A stretch of DNA of 64,000 nucleotides from Myxococcota bacterium (lineage in GTDB: Bacteria; Myxococcota_A; UBA9160; UBA6930). Below the pieces are notes generated by a model, which ran no database searches, was not told where the DNA came from, and saw only the letters and a list, made by a program, of their open reading frames with translations. The position numbers were made by a program, and so were the translations under genes. Below, piece by piece: positions 10,449-19,719 of the stretch (its first letter is position 1; the number at the start of each line of letters is the position of its first letter). The DNA is taken from assembly GCA_965223415.1 (NCBI GenBank), contig OZ245002.1:3808001-3872000 (forward strand). Direction: 5' to 3'.

Positions 10449-12134
10449 ATGCGCGCCACACGATCCCTGCCGCTGATCCTCGCCGGACTCCTCATGATGG
10501 TCGCGGCCCAGGCGGGCGCCTTTCCGAAGACCCTCAACGACTGGCAGAATCGCTACGGCGCCTCATCCGCCTCCGGCGACAATGCCGACTGCCAGCTCTG
10601 CCACGTGAACGCCAACGGCGGCGATCCGTGGAACGGCTACGGGTGGGACATGCGGGATGCGCTGGTCGATCTCACCTGCGATGTCAGCGGCGACGGCACC
10701 GTCTCCAACGCCGAAGCACTCTTCTGCATCGAGCTCGACAACTCCGACGGCGACGGCAGCGGCGTCGACAACACCACGGAGATCGGAGTCAGCACCCAGC
10801 CCGGCTGGACGAACGGCGCCTTCAACACCCACTTCTTCAAGTCGGGCCTGGTCACGATGAACAACCCGCCGCCGGCGACGATCGGCAAGCTCGACCCCGA
10901 CGGAACCGAGCCCCCGCCGCCCCCGCCGCCTCCGCCGCCGGACGACGACGCCGACGTGCCTCCCGGGCAGCTCAAGCGCGACACCATCGTGGTGCGCCCG
11001 GGCGAGTCGATCCAGGCCGCCATCGACCGGGCCAAGCCCGGCACGCGGATCTACATCCTGGCGGGCACCTACCGGGAGCTCTCGAACCCGACCAATGCCC
11101 TCAACATCACCAAGAACGGCATCCGCCTGATCGGTCAGGAGACGTCGAACAAGCGCGTGGTCATCGAGAACGCGGGCAACCAGCGCAACGGCATCGTGGT
11201 CGTGCCCGAGGACCGGGTCGACTGCATGAGCTGCCACACCGACCTGGCACCGCCCTTCCCGTTGAAGCCCGGTGTGCCCCTGGGCCTCAAGATGCGGGAT
11301 CCGATGATGACGGGCTTCGAGATCCGCAACATCACGATCCGGGGCTTCGACAACAACGGGCTCTTCACCGAGAACGTCGACGGCTTCAAGATCATCAACG
11401 TGGAGTCGGTGGACAACCGCAACTACGGGATCTTCCCGACCCTCTCGAAGAACGGTATCGTCACCCACAGCCGAGCCACCGGCTCGGACACGGACAGCGG
11501 CATCTGGGTCGAGACCTCCGAGAACGTCGTCGTCAGCCACAACTACGCGGCGGACAACGTCAACGGCATCGAGGTCTCCAACAGCGACGACGTGCTGGTC
11601 GTCCACAACGAGTCGACGAACAACACGATCGGCGCCGCCATCCTGCTGCTTCCGGACATCTTCGACGATCGCCCCGGCGCCAAGCGGATCGACCTTCGCG
11701 ACAACCACTTCCACTCGAACAACCGGCTGAACACCGCGCGCCCCGGATCCATCCTGGCTTCCGTACCGAGGGGGATCGGGGTGATCTATCTCGGCGTGGA
11801 CGACTCGACGGTCGAGGGCAATCTGATCGAGGACAACGAGTTCACCGGGGTTGCCACGGTGGACTACTGCCTGGCGGTGTTGGGGACGCCCTTCGACTGC
11901 GGGCTCGATCCGTCGGTCACGCCCCAGTTCCTGGCGGACCAGTCGGCGACGAACAACGCCATGCTCGGCAACACCATGATCGACAACGGCACGAACCCGG
12001 ATCCGACGAGCCCCTTCGCCTTCACGGCGGCGGACTTCACGCTGCTCACGGCGGGCGATTGGGGGAACTGCTACGAGGGCAACGCGTTCACCACGTTCTT
12101 CTCGTTCCTCGGGGTCCTGCCGCCCTGCAACTGA
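10449..12134 (+). CDS. Secreted c-type-heme-motif protein with right-handed parallel beta-helix domain
   Basis: Signal peptide; CQLCH; poly-Pro linker; beta-helix repeats (NYGIFPT, DSGIWVETS, NGIEVSNS) with inserted CMSCH. Confidence 0.75.
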   Translation: MRATRSLPLILAGLLMMVAAQAGAFPKTLNDWQNRYGASSASGDNADCQLCHVNANGGDPWNGYGWDMRDALVDLTCDVSGDGTVSNAEALFCIELDNSDGDGSGVDNTTEIGVSTQPGWTNGAFNTHFFKSGLVTMNNPPPATIGKLDPDGTEPPPPPPPPPPDDDADVPPGQLKRDTIVVRPGESIQAAIDRAKPGTRIYILAGTYRELSNPTNALNITKNGIRLIGQETSNKRVVIENAGNQRNGIVVVPEDRVDCMSCHTDLAPPFPLKPGVPLGLKMRDPMMTGFEIRNITIRGFDNNGLFTENVDGFKIINVESVDNRNYGIFPTLSKNGIVTHSRATGSDTDSGIWVETSENVVVSHNYAADNVNGIEVSNSDDVLVVHNESTNNTIGAAILLLPDIFDDRPGAKRIDLRDNHFHSNNRLNTARPGSILASVPRGIGVIYLGVDDSTVEGNLIEDNEFTGVATVDYCLAVLGTPFDCGLDPSVTPQFLADQSATNNAMLGNTMIDNGTNPDPTSPFAFTAADFTLLTAGDWGNCYEGNAFTTFFSFLGVLPPCN

Positions 12135-12149
12135 CCCAGCCGGGCGAGG

Positions 12150-13400
12150 TCAGGGCCGAGGCCGCTCCTCGGCCCTGACCTCGAGGCGCTTCGTCTGCCG
12201 GCGGCGCGCTTCGATCTTCGCCAGCTCCTCGAGCTCGGCGGTGCGCTCGCGCAGCTTCCGGATCACCGGGTCCGGCGGGGCGTCGTCGCCTGGCGGCCCG
12301 CTCGCGACCGCCGGCGGCTCCGCTTCGGGCTCGTAGCGGACCGTTCGCGTCACCTCGTGAAGCTCGCCCTTGCGATCGCGCGCGCGGAAGCGGATCTCGT
12401 TGCGGCCGGGGCGAAGCTCGACGAAGGCGTCGAAGCTCCCGTCCGGGAAGACGCGGAGAGCTCGAGCGGGCTCGCCGGTGGTGGCGTTGTCGATCTCGAC
12501 GTCGGCGAGGCCTACCAGGTCGAGCTGGCGCAGGCGGTTCACGATCATGGACGGCTGGGTCACGGCCTCGAGCCGGCCGGAGGTCCAGCCGGTCATGCGT
12601 GCCAGCACGTCGACCCCGGCCTGGGCCTCGGGGCCGATGGCGAAGGCGAACAGCCGGATGTCGTCTCGCCCGGCGGCGATGGCGGCCTCGAGCGCGTAAC
12701 GCTCCGCGCGCCCGCCGTGGATCGGCCGCGTCGGCGCGCCGTCGGAGAGGAAGACGATCGAGCGCAGTCGGTCGTCCGGGAGGCCCTGGGCCGGGCGGAG
12801 CTGGTCGTGGGCGGCGCGGACCGCCGCCTGGTAGTTGGTGCCGGCGCCTTCGCGGTAGAGATCCCGGGGAACGTCGGTGAGGGCCGAGGCCAGTGCGTCG
12901 CGGCTGCTGCCGAGGGGCGCAGCGATCCGCGATTCCTCGGCGAAGGTGACGAGGCCGACCCGGAAGCGCGCCGGGTCCAGCCGCGAGACGAGGGCCCGGG
13001 CCGCCTCGAGCTCGGCAGCCAGAACCGTGTCTTCGAAGTCCTGCTCGTCGCGCAGCCTGCGCACGAGAGGCGAGTCGCCGGTCTGCTCCTCGAGCCAGGC
13101 CAGCAGCTCCGGGTCGGTCCGGCCCCCCGGTCCGTCCCCGTCGAGCTCGAGACCCGAGTCGAGGAGCGTGCTGGCGGACACGTCGAGGGCAATCACCACG
13201 TCGTGGCCCGAGCCCCGGCGCGTGCCGCCGTGGCCCAGCACCTCGATGAGCTCCCGCTCGGAGACCGCGCCGCCCGCGGCCGGCGCGTCCACCTCCAGGA
13301 AGGGGCTCGCCGCGGCCACCGGACGGCCCAGCAGGAGCAGAAGGGCGGAGAGCCTCAGGAGGGTGCGGGCAGCGAGGGGAGCATCCACGGAAGGGAGCAT
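12150..13400 (-). CDS. Secreted VWA-domain protein
   Basis: Signal peptide; MIDAS motif DVSAS, GTNY, IVFLSDG. Confidence 0.8.
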   Translation of the reverse strand: MLPSVDAPLAARTLLRLSALLLLLGRPVAAASPFLEVDAPAAGGAVSERELIEVLGHGGTRRGSGHDVVIALDVSASTLLDSGLELDGDGPGGRTDPELLAWLEEQTGDSPLVRRLRDEQDFEDTVLAAELEAARALVSRLDPARFRVGLVTFAEESRIAAPLGSSRDALASALTDVPRDLYREGAGTNYQAAVRAAHDQLRPAQGLPDDRLRSIVFLSDGAPTRPIHGGRAERYALEAAIAAGRDDIRLFAFAIGPEAQAGVDVLARMTGWTSGRLEAVTQPSMIVNRLRQLDLVGLADVEIDNATTGEPARALRVFPDGSFDAFVELRPGRNEIRFRARDRKGELHEVTRTVRYEPEAEPPAVASGPPGDDAPPDPVIRKLRERTAELEELAKIEARRRQTKRLEVRAEERPRP

Positions 13401-13424
13401 CGCATGGTGCTGCCGGTCCGGCAG

Positions 13425-13736
13425 CTACTCCTCGTCGTGCAGGTGGACCTGCAGCACGTCGCCCTCGAGCTTGACTTCGTACACCTGCACCTCGTCGCCG
13501 TCGTCCAGGCCCTCCCCCGTGCGTACGTGATAGGCGTAGCCGTGGATCGGGCACAGCACGCACTCGCCCTCGAGCGTGCCCTCGCCGAGGCTGCCGCCGG
13601 CGTGGGGGCAGAGATCGTCCATGGCGAAGTAGCCCTCGGCGCTGCGGCCGATGGCCAGGTAGCGGCCGCCCATGTGGAAGGTGCGCACCTCGCCCTCGCG
13701 GAGCTTCGACGCGGGCTCGAGGGTGTGCCAGGCCAC
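13425..13736 (-). CDS. Rieske [2Fe-2S] ferredoxin
   Basis: CPHAG and CPIHG motifs. Confidence 0.92.
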   Translation of the reverse strand: MAWHTLEPASKLREGEVRTFHMGGRYLAIGRSAEGYFAMDDLCPHAGGSLGEGTLEGECVLCPIHGYAYHVRTGEGLDDGDEVQVYEVKLEGDVLQVHLHDEE

Positions 13737-13742
13737 TGCGGG

Positions 13743-14453
13743 CTAGGCGGCGTCGCCCAGTGTCTTCAGGATCCACGCCTCCAGCGTGCCGAGGACCTCG
13801 GCGTGGACCTCCTCCGGCGTCCGGCCGGACTTCTTCGCGACCCGGAGCCCGTGGTCGGCCTCGTCGACCACGTGCAGCTGCACCGGAGCGCCGACCCGCC
13901 CGAGGGTCTTGCGAAGGGCCGGCAGGTCGCAGTGGCGATCCTTGTTCCCCTGGAGGAACAGCATCGGGCTCACCACCCGCCACAGCCGCTCGGCCCGGAG
14001 GTCCTCCGGGTTGTCCTGCTTGTGGAGTGGGAAGCCCATGAAGAAGATGCCCTCGATGCGCAGCCGGGAGGTCGCCGCGTGGGCCGCCGCCAGGGCGCCG
14101 GTGTTCTTCCCGCCGATGAAGACGTGGGCCGGCGCCGCCGTCGGATCCCGCCCCAGCATGTTCACCGCCGAGTGGAAGGTGCGCTGGAGCACCCGCGGAT
14201 CGTCCGGCTTCCGCTTGCCCGCCATCTGATAGGGGAAGCAGAATCGAAGGGTCAGGTACTTCCGCTCGGTGAGCGAGCGCTGAAGGGACTCGATCAGCGG
14301 GTCGTCCTCTGCCGCGCCCTGGGCGAAGACGACGCTGATCCGGGAGCCGGTGGGCCACCACTCCGGAATCCCCAGGACGCCCTTCACCGCTTCCAGGCCG
14401 TGCACAGGCTCCGGCAGGCGGATCTCGATCTCTTCGTACTGGGCCTCGGCCAC
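13743..14453 (-). CDS. Alpha/beta-hydrolase-fold protein with altered nucleophile elbow
   Basis: RFCFPY, IGGKNTG (family normally GGKSMG), GFPLH, FLQGNKD, EADHGL; probable GTG start at 14453. Confidence 0.75.
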   Translation of the reverse strand: MAEAQYEEIEIRLPEPVHGLEAVKGVLGIPEWWPTGSRISVVFAQGAAEDDPLIESLQRSLTERKYLTLRFCFPYQMAGKRKPDDPRVLQRTFHSAVNMLGRDPTAAPAHVFIGGKNTGALAAAHAATSRLRIEGIFFMGFPLHKQDNPEDLRAERLWRVVSPMLFLQGNKDRHCDLPALRKTLGRVGAPVQLHVVDEADHGLRVAKKSGRTPEEVHAEVLGTLEAWILKTLGDAA

Positions 14454-14649
14454 CGCCAATCGGTGCTCTCCTGTCGGGGCTTCCGCTTCCCGCGGGGTGC
14501 CGTCCCTGGGGACACACCCGGCGCGGGTAGGCACGATGGGGCCCGCGCCTCGGGGATTGCCGGCCGGCAGGATACCCGTTCGGCCTGTCGGGGGTAGTGG
14601 GGCCGCTCCCGCCTCGATACCTTCGTCGCTGCAACCCCTCGGGACCACT

Positions 14650-15570
14650 ATGGAAAAAGTCCTCATTACCGGCATCGCCGGGGGCCAGGGACGGCTGCTC
14701 GCCCGCCGGCTGGCCGCGGACGGCGCCGTCTGCGGCGTCGACTGGACAGCGTGGGACGGAGCCCCCGATGGGGTGGCTGTTCACGTCCTCGACCTGCGCA
14801 AGCGCAAGTTCGAGGACGTGATCCGCACCGAGCGCCCGAGCGCGGTCGTCCACCTGGGGATGATCCGCCACTTCAAGGGCGACCCGAAGCGGCGCCACGA
14901 CGTGAACGTGCGGGGCACCAAGCAGCTCCTCGACCACTGTGTCGAGTACGGCGTCCAGAAGATCGTCGTGCTCTCGAGCGGCTACGTCTACGGGGCGTTC
15001 CCGGAGAACCCCTTCTACCTGGACGAGGAGCACCCGCTCTCCGCCAGCCGCAGCTATCCGGAGATCCGCGACCTGGTCGAGGTCGACACCCTGGCCGGCG
15101 CCTTTCTCTGGAAGTACCCGCACATCCGCACCTGCGTGCTCCGCCCGGTGAACGTGCTCGGCGGCCAGGTGCGCTCGATGATCGCCGACTACCTGCGTCG
15201 CGAGCGCGTGCCTACCGTGCTGGGCTTCGACCCGATGATGCAGTTCCTGCACGAGGACGACATGAGCGAGGCCATCGCACTGGCCCTCGCCAAGGGGCTC
15301 CAGGGCATCTTCAACGTCACCGGCCCGGGCCAGGTGCCCCTTCACACCGCCATCGCAGAGACCGGAGGCCAGGCGCTGCCCATCCTCGAACCCCTGTTCC
15401 GGCCGGCGATCCGGATGCTCTTCGGCGCCGGCGTCGTTCCGTGGCCTCCCGGCGCGATCGATTTCCTGAAGTTCCCGGTCACGCTCTCGGGCAAGCGCTT
15501 CGCGGAGGAGACCGGCTTCCAGCCCCTCTTCGGCCTGAACGAGACTTTCACCGCCCTGCAGAAGGGCTGA
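14650..15570 (+). CDS. NAD-dependent epimerase/dehydratase family protein
   Basis: VLITGIAGGQG Rossmann motif, NVRGT, SSGYVYG, QFLHEDD. Confidence 0.85.
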   Translation: MEKVLITGIAGGQGRLLARRLAADGAVCGVDWTAWDGAPDGVAVHVLDLRKRKFEDVIRTERPSAVVHLGMIRHFKGDPKRRHDVNVRGTKQLLDHCVEYGVQKIVVLSSGYVYGAFPENPFYLDEEHPLSASRSYPEIRDLVEVDTLAGAFLWKYPHIRTCVLRPVNVLGGQVRSMIADYLRRERVPTVLGFDPMMQFLHEDDMSEAIALALAKGLQGIFNVTGPGQVPLHTAIAETGGQALPILEPLFRPAIRMLFGAGVVPWPPGAIDFLKFPVTLSGKRFAEETGFQPLFGLNETFTALQKG

Positions 15571-15576
15571 GGGCCG

Positions 15577-16479
15577 ATGGCGTCGCGGCAAGCGCGAGAC
15601 GAGCGGCGGGGCGGGCTGCTGGATGCGATCCGCGGGGCGGTGATGCCCGACGCGGTGGAAGAGCTGCAGCGGGAGATCGCCGATCGCCTCCAGAAGATCC
15701 CCACGATGCTGAACGAGTTCGGCTACGACGCCTTCGGCCTTCACCCGGGGACGGCCCGCCAGAACATGCTCACGGCGGCCCTGGCCTATCGCTACTACTT
15801 CCGGGCCGAGGTCTTCGACATCGACCGCGTGCCATCGACGGGACGGGTGATGCTGATCGGCAACCACGCGGGCCAGCTTCCCTTCGACGGGATGATGATC
15901 GGCGTGGCCATGCTCCTCGAGGCGAATCCGCCGCGTCTCGTGCGGGGCCTGGGCGAGTACTTCATCCCGCGCCTGCCGTTCCTGAGCTTCGCCGCCGAGC
16001 GCGGCGGCAACCTCGTGGGCACGCCGGAGAACTGCGAGGCGCTCCTCGAGGCCGACGAGTGCGTGATGGTGTTTCCGGAGGGCGCCAGGGGGATGGGCAA
16101 GACCTTCGACCAGCGGTACGTCCTCCAGCGCTTCGGTCTGGGCTTCATGCGGATCGCCCTCCAGACGCGCACGCCCATCGTGCCGGTGGGGGTCGTGGGA
16201 TCCGAGGAGCAGGCGCCGGGGTTGGCGAACCTGGAATCGGTCGGGAAGCTCCTCGGTACGCCGGGCTTCCCGATTCCCTTTACCTTTCCCCTGCTCGGGC
16301 CCTTGTGCCTGCTGCCCCTGCCGGTGAAGTACCGGATCCATTTCGGGGAGCCGATGCGCTTCGAGGGAAACAGCAACGACGAGGATCACGTGGTGCAGGC
16401 GAAGGTGACCGAGGTGCGCGCCGCCATCGACGGGCTGCTGGCCACGGGCCGCGAGCAGCGCAAGGGGATCTTCCGATGA
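15577..16479 (+). CDS. Lysophospholipid acyltransferase (PlsC family)
   Basis: GNHAGQLPFD and MVFPEG; paralog of 3106-3993. Confidence 0.85.
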   Translation: MASRQARDERRGGLLDAIRGAVMPDAVEELQREIADRLQKIPTMLNEFGYDAFGLHPGTARQNMLTAALAYRYYFRAEVFDIDRVPSTGRVMLIGNHAGQLPFDGMMIGVAMLLEANPPRLVRGLGEYFIPRLPFLSFAAERGGNLVGTPENCEALLEADECVMVFPEGARGMGKTFDQRYVLQRFGLGFMRIALQTRTPIVPVGVVGSEEQAPGLANLESVGKLLGTPGFPIPFTFPLLGPLCLLPLPVKYRIHFGEPMRFEGNSNDEDHVVQAKVTEVRAAIDGLLATGREQRKGIFR

Positions 16480-17858
16480 GGCGCGCGGGAGCGGCGCTCG
16501 GACTCACCCTCCTCCTGACGGGCTGCGTTGCCGTGCCGGAGACGCCCGGCGCGGCGATGCCCGAGCGGGTTCTCACCACGCCGTCGGCGGGAGCGCCCGC
16601 GGTGCTGGTGGTGGCGAGTGTGGCCGGGCTTCCCGCGGCATTGCCGGCTTCCATGCCCACCCTCGGCGAGCTGGCACGGTCGGGGGTCGTCGCCGAGCGG
16701 GTCGATGTGGTGACGCCGGAGAGTCCCTATCCGGTGCACGCCACCTATCTGAGCGGTCGGCGTCCCCGGGATCACGGCATCCTCGGCGATCGGCTGATCG
16801 GCGAGAAGGGAGTACGCCGGGCGCGGCCCTGGCACGCGAGCCACACCCAGGTTCCCGCCCTGTGGGACGGCCTCGACGGCCCCGTGCTCGCCCTCGACTG
16901 GCCCTCGACCCAGGGCGCGCCCGTCGCGGCGGTGCTTCCGGACGTGCAGCCGACCCGGCGCGACGAGACCTGGCTCTCGGTCATCGCCGATTCGACGACG
17001 CCCTGGCTCCTGGCCCTCGCCAAGGCGGCGCCGCCGACGGTCGCGCGGAGCGGCCCCGAGCGGGATCGCTTCCTGGTCGGCGCGGCCTGCACGGCGCTGA
17101 CGTCGGCGGAGCGTCCCCGGCTGGTGCTGCTGCGGCTGCGGGGCGCCGAGCGCGGGGTCCTCGAGCAGGGTCCCCAGGCGGCGGAGGCGGCCTTCGCCGA
17201 GGTGGACCGCGCCCTCGCCACGCTGCTCGGTTGCCTCGATGCGGGGCCCGGCCTCTCCGATGCCGCCGTGGTGGTGGCCGGGGACCGGGCGCTGCGCCCG
17301 GTGCACACGGCCGTGCGCCCCAACCGAACCCTGGCCCACGCCGGTTTGCAGGACGACGACGGCTGGCAGGCGGTGGCGCGATCGAACGGCGGCTCGGCCT
17401 TCGTCTACGCCCGCGATTCCGAGGCCGCCGTCGCGGCGCGCCGGGCGCTGGCCGCCGAGGCCGAGGGCACCGGCGCTTTCCGGGTGGTGTCCGCCGAGGA
17501 GATGATCGCCGCGGCGGCGGATCCGGAGGCCTGGTTCGGGCTCGAGGCCGAGCCCGGCTTCGCCTTCCTCGACGGGCGGCGCGGGCCGTTCCTCGCGCCG
17601 TCTCCCATGCGGGCGAGCGGGGGCTACCTCACGGCGGGCCGGCGCTCGCCGGCCTTCGTCGCCTGGGGGCGGGGGATCCGCAGCGGGCTGGTCGTGCCGA
17701 GCCTCCATCAGCTGGACGTCGCGCCGACCCTGGCCCAGCTTCTCGACGCCCAGCTGCCCGAGGCCGAGGGCCGCAGCCTGATCGGCCTGCTCCGGGTGCC
17801 GGGCGCCGTGGCCGCGCCTCCGCCCGAGGACGAGCTGGAGGCGACGAGTGGCTGGTGA
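16476..17858 (+). CDS. Lipoprotein of the alkaline phosphatase/NPP superfamily, active site apparently degenerate
   Basis: Lipobox LTGC; ATYLSGRRPRDHGI, LDWPST, FVAWGRGI, LDVAPTLA fold motifs; ATGA overlap with the upstream gene. Confidence 0.7.
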   Translation: MRRAGAALGLTLLLTGCVAVPETPGAAMPERVLTTPSAGAPAVLVVASVAGLPAALPASMPTLGELARSGVVAERVDVVTPESPYPVHATYLSGRRPRDHGILGDRLIGEKGVRRARPWHASHTQVPALWDGLDGPVLALDWPSTQGAPVAAVLPDVQPTRRDETWLSVIADSTTPWLLALAKAAPPTVARSGPERDRFLVGAACTALTSAERPRLVLLRLRGAERGVLEQGPQAAEAAFAEVDRALATLLGCLDAGPGLSDAAVVVAGDRALRPVHTAVRPNRTLAHAGLQDDDGWQAVARSNGGSAFVYARDSEAAVAARRALAAEAEGTGAFRVVSAEEMIAAAADPEAWFGLEAEPGFAFLDGRRGPFLAPSPMRASGGYLTAGRRSPAFVAWGRGIRSGLVVPSLHQLDVAPTLAQLLDAQLPEAEGRSLIGLLRVPGAVAAPPPEDELEATSGW

Positions 17859-18312
17859 TCGCGCGGAGGTGGAGATCGAGCTCGGAACCCGGGAGCAGCG
17901 CCTGTACGACCGGCTCCGCGGCCGCCTGCAGACGCCGGTGCACGGCGCCCCGACGGGCTTCCGCGACGTGGTCCTGCTGCTGCCGGACCTCACGACCCTG
18001 ATGTTCCGCCTGTTGCGGGACGAGCGCGTGGCGGTGGGCGACAAGGCGATCGCGCTCCTCGGGATCGGCTACGTCCTCTCCCCGATCGACGTCCTTCCCG
18101 AGTTCCTGCTCGGCCCGATCGGCCTCGTCGACGACGTGGTGGTGGTCGCTGCCACCCTCTCGCGGCTCGTGAACCACGTCCACCCCGACGTGGTCCGCTC
18201 CCACTGGTCCGGCCAGGGCGACGCCCTCGAAGCCATCCAACGCCTCACCGGCTGGGCCGAGGACCAGTTCACCGGTCGCCTCCGTGGAGTCGTACGCCGC
18301 CTCCTCGGTTAA
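17848..18312 (+). CDS. YkvA/DUF1232 family membrane protein
   Basis: YVLSPIDVLPEFLLGPIGLVDD motif. Confidence 0.85.
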   Translation: MAGDRAEVEIELGTREQRLYDRLRGRLQTPVHGAPTGFRDVVLLLPDLTTLMFRLLRDERVAVGDKAIALLGIGYVLSPIDVLPEFLLGPIGLVDDVVVVAATLSRLVNHVHPDVVRSHWSGQGDALEAIQRLTGWAEDQFTGRLRGVVRRLLG

Positions 18313-18393
18313 GAAACGGGGCCAGAGTTAAGAATGAAGAAACTCTCCCTTTGGGGGGAGTTTCTTCATTCTTAACTCTGGCCCCGTTTCTTA
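18310..18393. repeat. REP/REPIN-like palindrome (type A)
   Basis: 36-bp perfect arms TAAGAAACGGGGCCAGAGTTAAGAATGAAGAAACTC around a 12-nt centre; supplies the TAA stop of the ykvA-like gene; between convergent genes. Confidence 0.9.
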
Positions 18394-18418
18394 CGATGAG
18401 GCAGGTAGGCGCTTTCGG

Positions 18419-18841
18419 CTAGAGCAGGCGGCGCATCTGCTCGCGGTCGGTGGAGGGGATGCGGCGGACGCGGCCGGTGGCGTCGACCAGGGCGTGCTCG
18501 GTGGCGGCGAGGGCGACAGTGCCTTCCGGGCCTTCGATGCGGTAGGCGAGGCGCAGGGAGGCGCCGCGGAGCCACTCGAGCCAGCAGGTGACGGCGACCT
18601 CCTCGTCGAAGCGGGTCACGCGCTTGTAGTCCACCTCGACCCGGGTCGTGGCGAAGTGGCGATCCTCGGACACGTACTCCCGGTACGGCCGGTGGTGCTC
18701 CTCCATCCAGCGGATCCGCGCCAGCTCCAGGTACCGCACGTAGTTCGGGTGATGGACGACGCCCATGGCGTCGGTCTCGTAGAACGGCACCCGATGCCGG
18801 ACGGTGCTGGTCGCCGCTCCGGAGGGCGGGTCGTCGTTCAC
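18419..18841 (-). CDS. Acyl-CoA thioesterase (YbgC/FcbC hotdog family)
   Basis: RVPFYETDAMGVVHHPNYVRYLELAR; GTGA-coupled start. Confidence 0.9.
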   Translation of the reverse strand: MNDDPPSGAATSTVRHRVPFYETDAMGVVHHPNYVRYLELARIRWMEEHHRPYREYVSEDRHFATTRVEVDYKRVTRFDEEVAVTCWLEWLRGASLRLAYRIEGPEGTVALAATEHALVDATGRVRRIPSTDREQMRRLL

Positions 18842-19686
18842 TTCCCGCCGCCCACTGGTGCGAAGAGCTCCGGCTGGTGGGCGGGGTCGCGGACCTCCTG
18901 GGGCAGCTCCGCCGGTCGCTCGTGGGCGAAGGCCGGGCAGGCCCTGCGAAACTCGCACCAGCCGCACAGGCCCGATTCCTTCGGCTCCCACTTGTCCTCC
19001 GCCCGGATCGCGTCGATCGCGAGGGCGGTCTTGCGCCGAAGTCGGTCCCGCTGCTCGTCGCTGCGCTGGGAGATCCGCGTCTGGTTGCGCAGGACGTAGT
19101 GCCAGACCAGGCGGATCTCCCCCTCCTCGCCCATCTGGTCCCGCACGCCCAGCTCGTAGAGCCCGAGCTGGCGATCCGCGTCGAGCTGCTCCTGGCGCGG
19201 AACCCGACGCCCGGTCTTGAAATCGTGGATCTCGAGCACCCCGTCCCGCGCCCGTACCAGCCGGTCGATGATTCCGCGAATTGGGTAGCGGCCCGCCGGG
19301 TCGAGGCGGAACTGGATCTTGGTCTCGAGGCCCAGGGTCTCGTCCAGATCGAAGGGGTAGTGCTGGCGGTAGTAGTTCTCCAGGCAGCGGGCGCCGCTCT
19401 GCCGGTAGGCCTGCGCGTCCATCTCGGCCCGGACGATGCGGATCCGATCCCCGTTCCAGGCCTCGGCCCACAGGGCGTGGTAGCGGTAGATCACGCGCGG
19501 CAGCGACGGCACCATGCCCCGGTCCACGAAAGCGTAGAGCCGCTCGAGCACCTCGTGCACGCGCTTGCCCACGAACGCTTCGATGCCCTCGGTCTCGACC
19601 GGGAGCTTCTCCACGTAGCGGTAGTAGTACTGCCTCGGACAGTTCTCGAAGCAGTTGAGGCTGGACGGACTGAAGGTCTTCTGCAC
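18838..19686 (-). CDS. PD-(D/E)XK nuclease, RecB/Cas4-like, with putative Fe-S cluster
   Basis: SPSSL...CPRQY, GKRVH, GIIDRL, IHDFKTG, QLGLY, C-terminal CGWCEFRRAC. Confidence 0.88.
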   Translation of the reverse strand: MQKTFSPSSLNCFENCPRQYYYRYVEKLPVETEGIEAFVGKRVHEVLERLYAFVDRGMVPSLPRVIYRYHALWAEAWNGDRIRIVRAEMDAQAYRQSGARCLENYYRQHYPFDLDETLGLETKIQFRLDPAGRYPIRGIIDRLVRARDGVLEIHDFKTGRRVPRQEQLDADRQLGLYELGVRDQMGEEGEIRLVWHYVLRNQTRISQRSDEQRDRLRRKTALAIDAIRAEDKWEPKESGLCGWCEFRRACPAFAHERPAELPQEVRDPAHQPELFAPVGGGK

Positions 19687-19719
19687 CCGGACTCGCTGGA
19701 GGCTCTGAGGTCGGGGCGG

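Noticed and set aside
10911..10950. C-rich low-complexity tract
   Set aside because: Encodes the poly-Pro/Asp linker of the beta-helix protein.
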